Notes under the pieces: model-generated
Database searches by the model: none
What the model was told of the DNA's origin: nothing
What the model saw: the letters and a program-made list of their open reading frames with translations, nothing else
In this document: positions 44,500 to 52,300 of the stretch, one piece after another
Layout of the letters: each line of letters begins with the position of its first letter
Numbering within the stretch: the first letter of the stretch is position 1
Made by a program: the position numbers and the translations under genes
NCBI GenBank assembly: GCA_022823235.1
Contig: JAJDXO010000022.1
Coordinates: forward strand, 61,955 to 125,954
Length of the DNA stretch: 64,000 nt
Direction of reading: 5' to 3'
Source of the DNA: Rhodospirillales bacterium
GTDB lineage: Bacteria > Pseudomonadota > Alphaproteobacteria > Rhodospirillales > UBA2165

Positions 44500-45843
44500 T
44501 TGGCTGGCCGCTTGACACTCCCGAACGATCTCTGCTCCATTACTTTCACACTTGGGAATTCACTTTCCTTGGCAGCGAATCTCACCATTATTCTCGTCGC
44601 GGCGATCTGCGCCGGTCTGTACATGGCCTGGGCGATCGGCGCGAACGACGTTGCGAATTCGATGGGCACGTCGGTCGGTTCGGGAGCCATCACCGTCGGC
44701 GTCGCCATCGTGATCGCCGGCGTGTTCGAATTCCTCGGGGCGTTTCTGGCCGGCGGCGAGGTCACCTCGACGATCCGCAAGGGCATCATCGACGCCGAGG
44801 CCCTGGAGCACGATCCCGACCTGCTCGTCATCGGCATGCTGTCGGCTCTCCTGGCCGCCGCCGTCTGGCTCACTATCGCTTCCAGATTCGGCTGGCCCGT
44901 ATCGACCACGCATTCGATCGTCGGAGCCATCATCGGTTTTGCCGTCGTCGCGATCGGCTTCGACGCCGTCCACTGGTGGGACGTGGCCACGATCGCCGCA
45001 AGCTGGGTGGTCACCCCGGTTCTCGCCGGCGTGATCGCGTTTCTCCTGGTGTTGAGCGTGCAGTGGCTGATCTTCAACAGGGACGATCCGGCCGCGAATG
45101 CGCGCCGCTACGTGCCCGTCTACATATTCGCCGCGGTGTTCGTAACCGCTTCGGTGACCTTCGTGAAGGGGTTGAAGCATGTCGGCATGGATCTGAGCAT
45201 GCCGATGGCGCTCCTGTATTCGGTGGCCGCGGCCGCCGCGGTGGCCGTCGCCAGCCGTCTGGTCATCAACAGGTTGAGCTTCGAGAGCCTCGAATCCTCC
45301 ACCGGGGGGCAATCGCGCTTCACCGATGTCGAGAAGGTGTTCGGCATCCTCATGATCGTCACCGCGTCGGGCATGGCCTTCGCCCACGGTTCGAACGACG
45401 TCGCCAATGCGATCGGACCCGTCGCCGCGATCGTCGGCGTGGTGACCACGGGCGGGGTCGCGGCCAAGTCGGCGGTGCCGGTGTGGATCCTGCTGATCGG
45501 CGCGGCGGGTATCGTGATCGGCCTGGCGACCTTCGGCTACCGGGTCATGGCGACGATCGGGAGGAAGATCACCGAGCTTACGCCGAGCCGCGGATTCGCC
45601 GCCGAATTCGCCGCCGCGTCGACGGTCGTCGTGGCAAGCGGCACCGGGCTTCCCGTCTCGACCACCCAGACGCTGGTGGGCGCCGTGATGGGAGTCGGCC
45701 TCGCCCGGGGCATGGGCGCCCTCGACTTCGGCGTGGTCCGCACCATCTTGGTGTCCTGGATCGTCACGCTTCCCGTGGGCGCGGTGCTGGCGGTGGCGAT
45801 ATACTACCTCTTGTCGGCGGTATTCGTTCAAGGTGCCGGATGA
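44500..45843 (+). CDS. inorganic phosphate transporter, PiT (PHO4/PitA) family
   Basis: Duplicated PiT signature: first copy WAIGANDVANSMGTSVGSG, second copy FAHGSNDVANAIGP. The start is uncertain: TTG at 44500 or TTG at 44569. Confidence 0.85.
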   Translation: MAGRLTLPNDLCSITFTLGNSLSLAANLTIILVAAICAGLYMAWAIGANDVANSMGTSVGSGAITVGVAIVIAGVFEFLGAFLAGGEVTSTIRKGIIDAEALEHDPDLLVIGMLSALLAAAVWLTIASRFGWPVSTTHSIVGAIIGFAVVAIGFDAVHWWDVATIAASWVVTPVLAGVIAFLLVLSVQWLIFNRDDPAANARRYVPVYIFAAVFVTASVTFVKGLKHVGMDLSMPMALLYSVAAAAAVAVASRLVINRLSFESLESSTGGQSRFTDVEKVFGILMIVTASGMAFAHGSNDVANAIGPVAAIVGVVTTGGVAAKSAVPVWILLIGAAGIVIGLATFGYRVMATIGRKITELTPSRGFAAEFAAASTVVVASGTGLPVSTTQTLVGAVMGVGLARGMGALDFGVVRTILVSWIVTLPVGAVLAVAIYYLLSAVFVQGAG

Positions 45844-46484
45844 TGAGAATCGCCGAAGAGTTTCTGCTCCTGCTGCGCGACGAGGACGGGGCGCTGTCGC
45901 GGGCCCCGGAATGGCTGGCCCGCTACGCCCTGGGCGCCTCGGTGCTGATGGATCTGGCGCTGGAGAATCGCATCGACACCGACGCCCGGCGGCTGTTCCT
46001 GATCGACTCGTCCCCGGTGGGGGATGCGCTGCTCGATCCCATGCTCTCCGAGATCGCGCAAACGGGCCGGGAGCACGACGCCCTCTACTGGGTGGAGCAC
46101 GCGACCCACCATGCCGACGAAATCCGGGAAACGGCCCTGGCGCGGCTGGTCGACAGCGGCGTCCTGCGATTGAGCGACGACCGCATCCTGCGGATATTCG
46201 GAGCGCGGCATTACCCGCTTGCCGACGAAGAAGCGGAGCGCGATCTGATTCGGCGGATTCGGGAGACGCTGCTGAGCGACACGATCCCGAACCCGAGAGA
46301 TATCGTGATCGTCACCCTGGCGGACGGCTGCGGGCTCATCGGTCATATCCTGTCCGCGGAAGAACTGTCCGGCGCCGCGGCGCGCATCGAACTGGTGCGG
46401 AATCTGGAGTTGATCGGCCGGGCGTTCCTCAACGCCCTGGATGTCGCCGTTCAACCCGCCGCCGGGAAGCTCGATCACGACTGA
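45840..46484 (+). CDS. GPP34/GOLPH3-like family protein
   Basis: This is the C-terminal part of the 671-aa track ORF. The ATG at 45840 overlaps the PiT stop (ATGA). MRIAEEFLLLLRDEDG..YALGASVLMDLALENRI..ARLVDSGVL matches the bacterial GPP34 pattern as I recall it. Confidence 0.6.
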   Translation: MMRIAEEFLLLLRDEDGALSRAPEWLARYALGASVLMDLALENRIDTDARRLFLIDSSPVGDALLDPMLSEIAQTGREHDALYWVEHATHHADEIRETALARLVDSGVLRLSDDRILRIFGARHYPLADEEAERDLIRRIRETLLSDTIPNPRDIVIVTLADGCGLIGHILSAEELSGAAARIELVRNLELIGRAFLNALDVAVQPAAGKLDHD

Positions 46485-46620
46485 CCCCGCCGCCCGGGCG
46501 GGAGGACCCGTCGGGCCGCCAGAGCGGTATCCGGCCATCTTGCCCGCGGGAGCGAGGTGGTTTAGTTTCAGAGTTCCCTGGGCGTGCCGCCGAACCGGTC
46601 GACACCGGAGAACCAATGTC

Positions 46621-47115
46621 ATGAACAGCCTTCAGGAACGGAATGGCGGGTTCCTCCCCGATCAGCACGATCACGGAGATTGCGTGGCGGTCGCGCTGGA
46701 GGACGCGATTGCGGTTTGCGGCGAACGCGGGGTGCGGCTCACGCCGGTACGCCGGCGTGTGCTGGAAATCATCTGGCAGGGCCACCGTCCGCTCGGCGCC
46801 TACGCCATCCTGGAAGTGCTTTCGAACGAGGGGTATTCCCCGGCGCCACCCACGGTCTATCGCGCGCTCGAGTTCCTGCTCACCCAGGGGCTGGTGCACC
46901 GGCTGTCGTCGCTGAACGCGTTCGTCGGCTGCGCCAGTCCCGGCCGTCCGCATGCGGGGCAGTTCCTGCTGTGCACCGCCTGCGGCTCGGCGGCCGAACT
47001 CAACGATCCCGACATCGAACGCGCGATCGAGCGCGGCGCGGCGGCCGAGGGCTTCGTCTGCCGGAACCATACCGTGGAGATCAGCGGGCTCTGCCCGCAT
47101 TGCCGCGAGGCCTGA
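46621..47115 (+). CDS. zur: Fur-family zinc uptake regulator Zur
   Basis: Start at MNSLQERNGG. Winged helix LTPVRRRVLEIIWQGHRPLGAYAILEVL. Two CxxC pairs are present (LLCTACG and GLCPHCRE). Confidence 0.85.
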   Translation: MNSLQERNGGFLPDQHDHGDCVAVALEDAIAVCGERGVRLTPVRRRVLEIIWQGHRPLGAYAILEVLSNEGYSPAPPTVYRALEFLLTQGLVHRLSSLNAFVGCASPGRPHAGQFLLCTACGSAAELNDPDIERAIERGAAAEGFVCRNHTVEISGLCPHCREA

Positions 47116-47211
47116 CTGACGGACCACTTGGGATCGATCCGCCGGCCGGATTTACCGGCCGCCCGGCGTCTCGATACGGGGACTAAGGTCGTCGGTTCGC
47201 ATGGAAAAAAG

Positions 47212-47288
47212 TGGTGGGCCTGGCAGGACTCGAACCTACAACCAGACCGTTATGAGCGGCCGGCTCTAACCAATTGAGCTACAGGCCC
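47212..47288 (-). tRNA. tRNA with anticodon CAT (elongator Met, or Ile2 if lysidinylated)
   Basis: The minus strand reads GGGCCTGTAGCTCAATTGGTTAGAGCCGGCCGCTCATAACGGTCTGGTTGTAGGTTCGAGTCCTGCCAGGCCCACCA. Folding by eye gives a 7-bp acceptor stem, a CT-CAT-AA anticodon loop, a GGTTCGAGTCC T-arm and an encoded CCA. Confidence 0.9.
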
Positions 47289-47381
47289 CACCGTGATGGC
47301 GGAGCATATACCAAGCGCGCCCGGCCAACAAAGCGCAAGGCCGCTGGCGCCGCCGGTGCGGGCGCGCATCACGCCCAGCCG

Positions 47382-48686
47382 TCACCTGATCATCGTCTCC
47401 GGCAGGATCAGCGCGATCGGGGGAAAGAGGATAAGCAGCGCCGTGCACACCAGCATCGCGCCCCAGAAGGGCATCACCCCGCGGAATATCTCCCCCATGG
47501 GCACGCCCTCGGCGATCCCCTTCACGACGAAGACGTTCAGGCCCAGGGGCGGGCTGATCAAACTCATCTCCAGCACGACCACGAGGAGCACCCCGAACCA
47601 GATGGGATCGAAGCCCATATCGACGATCATCGGGAAAACGATGGGGATGGTCAGCACCATGATGGCGAACCCTTCGAGGAAGGTGCCGAGCACGATGTAG
47701 CCGAGGATGATCATGATCAGCACGGTGGTCGGCGCGAGGCTCAGTCCTTCCACCATCTGGGCGAGATCGGAAGGCAGCTGGGTCACGGCGAGGAACGGGT
47801 TGAAGATGAAGGCGCCGATCAGGATCAGGTAGACCATGGCGAAGGTCTTGATGGTCTCCAGCACGCAGAACTTGATCATTTCCGGATTGGCACGGCCGCG
47901 CACCACCATCAGCATGAAGGTGAAGAACGCGCCGACCGCCGCCGCTTCCACCGGCGTAAATACGCCAAGGTAGATTCCGCCGAGCACGACGATGACGATG
48001 ACCATCAGCGCCGACGCGCTGGCGACCGAAGACATCCGTTCCCGCCAGCTCTGGCGGTCGGCCCGCGGCCCGATGGCCGGATTGAAGCGGGTGAGGATGT
48101 AGATGGTCAGCATGAAAAGACCGGTGAGCAGAATGCCCGGCAGCACGCCCGCCAAAAACAATTGCCCGATGGACTCCTCCGTCAGCAGGGCATAGATGAT
48201 GAACCCGGTGCTCGGCGGGATGAGGATTCCGAGGGTGCCGCCGGCGGCGACGCAGCCGGTCGCCAGCCTCGGATGATACTCATAGCGCTTCATTTCGGGG
48301 AGCGAGACCCGTCCCATGGTGACGGCGGAGGCGAGGCTGGAGCCCGACACCGCCGCAAAGCCCGCGCAGCCGACGATGGTCGCGGACGCCAGACCGCCCG
48401 GCCAATGGCCGACCAGCGAGCGGGCCATGTCGTACAGCTCGCGGCTCATGCCGGACACCATGGCGAAATTTCCCATCAGTACGAACAGCGCGATGATACT
48501 GAGATCGTAATTGTAGGAAATCTCGAAGGGGATGGTGCCGAGGAGCGCCAAGGTGGCATCGACGCCGTTAAGCCACAAATAGCCGAATGTGCCGGCGATC
48601 CCCAGCGCGATGCCGATGGGAAACCGCATGAAGATGAGGACGAACAAGCCCCCGAGGGTATAGAGGCCGATGGCGGTGGCGCTCAC
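47382..48686 (-). CDS. dctM: TRAP transporter large permease (DctM family)
   Basis: A 434-aa polytopic protein with DctM-like motifs (GGTLGILIPPSTGFIIYA). It starts 1 nt downstream of the dctQ stop. Confidence 0.9.
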   Translation of the reverse strand: MSATAIGLYTLGGLFVLIFMRFPIGIALGIAGTFGYLWLNGVDATLALLGTIPFEISYNYDLSIIALFVLMGNFAMVSGMSRELYDMARSLVGHWPGGLASATIVGCAGFAAVSGSSLASAVTMGRVSLPEMKRYEYHPRLATGCVAAGGTLGILIPPSTGFIIYALLTEESIGQLFLAGVLPGILLTGLFMLTIYILTRFNPAIGPRADRQSWRERMSSVASASALMVIVIVVLGGIYLGVFTPVEAAAVGAFFTFMLMVVRGRANPEMIKFCVLETIKTFAMVYLILIGAFIFNPFLAVTQLPSDLAQMVEGLSLAPTTVLIMIILGYIVLGTFLEGFAIMVLTIPIVFPMIVDMGFDPIWFGVLLVVVLEMSLISPPLGLNVFVVKGIAEGVPMGEIFRGVMPFWGAMLVCTALLILFPPIALILPETMIR

Positions 48687-48687
48687 G

Positions 48688-49182
48688 TCACTCTCCGCCG
48701 GGCGTGTCGGGCTTCTCCTCGGCCGGGAAGAATATCCGCAGGATCATGACGAAGGCGAACAGCGCCGCGCCGAAAGCGAGGACGTAATAGAACGGATAGA
48801 ACGGGATCAGCACCAGTTGGGACGCTTCGTTGAACTCCCGCACATCGACGGACTGCACCAGGGTCCGCCAGGCGATGACCAGAAAGAACAAGCCGCCCGC
48901 CAGGCTGATGAAGCGGTTGAGGAGGCCCTGAACGCCCCGCCCCATCTTGTTATAGAAGATGTCGATGGCAACGTGCCCGTTGTGAAAGCCGCAATAGGCA
49001 AGCCCCAGAAACACCATCACCAGCACGGCGAAGTGGGTGATGTCGAAGACGCCGGTGATGGGGCTGTTGAAAAAATATCGTCCGGCCACGTCGGCTGTGG
49101 TCAGCAGCATCAACGCGATGAGGATGAATCCCGCGATGAATGCCGCCGCCGTAACGACCAGCCGAGTGGCGCGGACGAGCAT
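48688..49182 (-). CDS. dctQ: TRAP transporter small permease (DctQ family)
   Basis: A 164-aa four-TM protein between dctP and dctM. Confidence 0.85.
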   Translation of the reverse strand: MLVRATRLVVTAAAFIAGFILIALMLLTTADVAGRYFFNSPITGVFDITHFAVLVMVFLGLAYCGFHNGHVAIDIFYNKMGRGVQGLLNRFISLAGGLFFLVIAWRTLVQSVDVREFNEASQLVLIPFYPFYYVLAFGAALFAFVMILRIFFPAEEKPDTPGGE

Positions 49183-49196
49183 GGTGCCTGGATCGC

Positions 49197-50237
49197 CTAT
49201 GACGATTTGCCGGTGTAGTCAGAGACAATCTGGCCGTAGGGCAGACCCTGGCCCTCGAAATCCTTGATCCATTGGGTCTTGGCGGCCTGGAGCCGTTCAA
49301 CCCACTTCGCCTTCTCGGCATCGGTCAACTTGGTGATCGAGGTGTCGGGCCGGTCGGTAATGGTCTTGATGCCGCCGGCGCGGGCGCCTTCATAGGACCG
49401 GGCGCCGACGAGGCTGAACTCGAGACCGCTGTTCTTGTCGATCACCGCCTTCTGCGCCGGGCTGAGCTTGTCGTAGGCGGCCCGGTTCATGGCGATGATC
49501 TGCGGCGAGTAGCCCATGGGCAGATCGACGATGTAGTGTTTCACCACCTCGGCGAGCTTGAAGCTCTTGACGGTGGAAATACCGACGATGGCGCCGTCAA
49601 CCACGCCCTTTTCGAGCGCGCCGTATGTTTGCGGCATGGGCATGGCGACCGGAATCGCCCCCAGCGCCTTGATGATCGCGGCCTGATTGCGGGACGGGGT
49701 GCGCAGTTTGAGGCCCTTCAGGTCATCGGGCGTGCGGACCACCTTGTTGGTCATGACCACCGGCACGTCGGTGCCCCAGAGGCCGAGCAGCTTCACCCGC
49801 TTGTAGTCGTCGGCGATGTGCTTGTTGTAAATCCGCCACATGGCCTTGGTGGCTTCGACGGAGTCCGGGTACTGAAGCGGAATCTCCATCACCAGGGTGC
49901 GCGGGAACAGCGTCGAGGTGTAGCCCGGAAGATGGAACTCGATGTCGGCGATGCCGTTGACCACGCGCTTGAAGGCGCCGGGGGGTTTGCCGCCGATCTG
50001 CCCGCCGGGGAAGCCGACGATGTTGATGCCGACGCCGGCGCCGGACAGGGTCTTGCCCCAGGGCGTCATCATCCCCGCCCATACCGGATGTTTGGGGCTG
50101 GCGAAGAACGCCATCTTGAGATCCTTGTCGGCGGCCTGCGCCGAACCGGCGAACAGGCCGGCGCCGAACGCGATGGCGCCGGCCGCCGACACGGCCAAGG
50201 CCGTCCGGCGAGAGAGCTTGGGTAGCGACTTAATCAT
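49197..50237 (-). CDS. dctP: TRAP transporter substrate-binding protein (DctP family)
   Basis: Tat/Sec-like signal (RRTALAVSAAGAIAFGAGLFAGSAQA) and 346 aa. Confidence 0.9.
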   Translation of the reverse strand: MIKSLPKLSRRTALAVSAAGAIAFGAGLFAGSAQAADKDLKMAFFASPKHPVWAGMMTPWGKTLSGAGVGINIVGFPGGQIGGKPPGAFKRVVNGIADIEFHLPGYTSTLFPRTLVMEIPLQYPDSVEATKAMWRIYNKHIADDYKRVKLLGLWGTDVPVVMTNKVVRTPDDLKGLKLRTPSRNQAAIIKALGAIPVAMPMPQTYGALEKGVVDGAIVGISTVKSFKLAEVVKHYIVDLPMGYSPQIIAMNRAAYDKLSPAQKAVIDKNSGLEFSLVGARSYEGARAGGIKTITDRPDTSITKLTDAEKAKWVERLQAAKTQWIKDFEGQGLPYGQIVSDYTGKSS

Positions 50238-50374
50238 TTGAACCTCCGTGTTTCGATGTGTCGTTGACCCTTGGGGGTCTTGTTTTCACTTATTTTAAGG
50301 GTGCGATCGGCGGGACGCCAAGCCACTTGGGTGGGCCGAATCCCATGTCCGGGATTTCGCGGCGTTCGACGGTT

Positions 50375-51067
50375 TCAGCGGGCGCCATTCCGGTTCTCCG
50401 CGGCTGATGCGGTTTGCCGCTTCCCGGCCCGGAAGGCGGCCTGAATGTCGGATGCCGGACAGACCTTGCCCAGCAGCGCCCGGGTATTTTGCAGGGTCGC
50501 CTCGTGCAGGGCCGGGGTATGGGAGGCGACGCAGTCCTCGGCGACCGCCACGTGGAAGCCCCGGTTATAGGCTTCGCGCAGCGTGGCCTCGACGCAGACG
50601 TTGGTCTGGACGCCGGCGAATATCAAGGTCTCGATGCCCCGGGACCGGAGGTGTGCCTCGAAGTCCGGGTTGGTGAACGCCGAATAGCTGTGCTTGACGA
50701 ATTGGGGCTCGCCGCCTGCCGGCTCGACCCCGAAGGGCTCATAGCCCTGCGTCCCCGGCACGCAGCAGCTCCGCTCAATTCCCGCCTCCCGCTTTCGCCG
50801 GAGGAACGTCGGCGGCACCAGCGCATCGTCGTAGTTGGCATAGATCCACAGCACCGGTATGCCGCCCGCCCGGGCGCCGTCGATGAGACCCCGCAATGCC
50901 GGGACGATGGCCCGGCACGGCGCCGGGTCCAGGCCCAGGCCCGCCACGAAGCCGTCGGCGGCGCAGAAATCCACCTGCATGTCGACGACCGCCAGCGCCG
51001 CCCGGGTCTCGGAGAGAAGCCCGAGCACCGGGTTGCCGGACAACCTATCCCGCACCTTGGCGTCCAT
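50375..51067 (-). CDS. isochorismatase-family cysteine hydrolase
   Basis: Start at MDAKVRDRL, overlapping the ligB-like stop. AALAVVDMQVDFC and the catalytic Cys context LIFAGVQTNVCVEATLREA are present. Confidence 0.8.
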   Translation of the reverse strand: MDAKVRDRLSGNPVLGLLSETRAALAVVDMQVDFCAADGFVAGLGLDPAPCRAIVPALRGLIDGARAGGIPVLWIYANYDDALVPPTFLRRKREAGIERSCCVPGTQGYEPFGVEPAGGEPQFVKHSYSAFTNPDFEAHLRSRGIETLIFAGVQTNVCVEATLREAYNRGFHVAVAEDCVASHTPALHEATLQNTRALLGKVCPASDIQAAFRAGKRQTASAAENRNGAR

Positions 51068-51912
51068 CAGTGAATGGTGTCCCACACCGTGCCGCCGATG
51101 CCGCAGCGCATCTCGGCGGAGGGAACGTAGAAGATGGACCGGGCCCTGGTCCCGCCGGCCGCCGCCATGGCGACCATCCAGGCCAGCAGCTCCGTGGTGC
51201 CGCCGCCGCCGGCCGCGTTCATCTTCTCCACCGTCGCCTCGCGGCACACCTTGCCGAGATCGCCCTCTTCGAGCAGCGCCATGAACCAGCGGTCGAAATC
51301 CTCGTCGAGGGTGAAGTAGCGGGGGCCGCCCGGCTCGTGGGACAGGCCGCCGGTCCCCATGACCGCGACCCGCATTCCGCCGGGCAGGTCGTCCCGGATC
51401 GTCCTGGCGATCACCTCGCCCGCGTGGACGCTGATTTCCGGGGTCGGCACCGGCGGGCTGATGCAGTTCATGTGGATCGGCACCAGCGGCACCGAATAGT
51501 CGGGCGTCAGGTAGTGGAGCGGCACCGAAAAATTGTCGTCGAACAACAAATCGTCCCGGCTGTCGAGGCTCAGACCGGCCGCCTCCCCCGCCGTCACCAG
51601 GGCCTGCGCGACATCGGGATGCCCGTCGACCTCATAGCCGTCCAGGTCCAGCCAGGACTTGAAGAACTCGGCCGGGCCCCGCCAGCGGGCCGCCGTGCCG
51701 ACGCAGAAATCGGGCGGGTCGTGGAGCGGCTGGTTGAGCATGTGGTCATTGGCCACGCCGACGATCACGTCGGGCCTGGAGGCCTGGAGATGTTCCCGCA
51801 TCTTCGCATAGCCGCCGACGATCTCGGCCTGCTCGTCCTCCGGCGCCGAACCGAGCCAGCCCGTGCATCCGGGCGCATGGGCCAGCGCGATTACCGATAC
51901 GATCTCCGCCAT
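51067..51912 (-). CDS. class III extradiol ring-cleavage dioxygenase, LigB (beta) subunit family
   Basis: IALAHAPG, VIVGVANDHM, FSVPLHYL and GTGGLSHEPGGPR are LigB/PCA-4,5-dioxygenase-type motifs. Confidence 0.8.
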   Translation of the reverse strand: MAEIVSVIALAHAPGCTGWLGSAPEDEQAEIVGGYAKMREHLQASRPDVIVGVANDHMLNQPLHDPPDFCVGTAARWRGPAEFFKSWLDLDGYEVDGHPDVAQALVTAGEAAGLSLDSRDDLLFDDNFSVPLHYLTPDYSVPLVPIHMNCISPPVPTPEISVHAGEVIARTIRDDLPGGMRVAVMGTGGLSHEPGGPRYFTLDEDFDRWFMALLEEGDLGKVCREATVEKMNAAGGGGTTELLAWMVAMAAAGGTRARSIFYVPSAEMRCGIGGTVWDTIH

Positions 51913-51923
51913 CTCTCCCTCCT

Positions 51924-52241
51924 CTACGACCGCTTTTTGTGTTCGACGATTTTATCGCCGAAGGACTTCCTGTAGGCCTGGGCGGCGTCGCTCTTGCTGT
52001 CGTTGTCGGCCGAGCCGTGCACCAGACGGGTCACCTGGGGCAGGAAATAGGAATGCACCCCCATCTCACCCAGCGTCACCACGTCGACCGCGCGCCAGGC
52101 GGCCCGCTCGGCGTCACTCAATCCATACTGCTCCATGACGTCTTCCATGCGGTCGGCGAAGCCGGTGTACAAGGCCGGGTCGCGCCTGATCTCGAAAATC
52201 AGCTTGTTCGATGGAAGATCGGGATCATATTCGTTTGCCAT
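51924..52241 (-). CDS. LigA-like small (alpha) subunit of an aromatic ring-opening dioxygenase
   Basis: Start at MANEYDPDL within the 158-aa track ORF. It is ~105 aa, immediately upstream of the LigB homolog (11-nt gap), with a LigA-domain-like helical pattern (NKLIFEIRRDP..YGLSDAERAAWRAVD..GVHSYFL). Confidence 0.6.
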   Translation of the reverse strand: MANEYDPDLPSNKLIFEIRRDPALYTGFADRMEDVMEQYGLSDAERAAWRAVDVVTLGEMGVHSYFLPQVTRLVHGSADNDSKSDAAQAYRKSFGDKIVEHKKRS

Positions 52242-52300
52242 ATCGCCAGCCTCCCCTGCCGGACGCGGTGCAATTCTAGTACATTTCGAGCCGAGCCGTC

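Noticed and set aside
44469-45839. The front part of the 671-aa plus-strand ORF (44469-46484)
   Set aside because: It is an alternative frame over the PiT gene, and its translation is Arg/Gly/Asp-rich nonsense. Only the segment from the ATG at 45840 (the GPP34-like protein) is credible.
47116-47381. The tRNA locus as an integration hotspot or genomic-island border
   Set aside because: No integrase, no phage or transposase genes, and no duplicated tRNA 3-prime segment were seen on either side. The flanking genes (zur and a TRAP transporter) look like ordinary chromosomal genes.
47274-48749. The 491-aa plus-strand ORF that is strikingly rich in His/Asp/Gly/Glu/Arg
   Set aside because: It could be mistaken for a metal-binding protein, but it is the antisense frame of the DctM permease gene and also overlaps the tRNA. 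There is no RBS and no domain.
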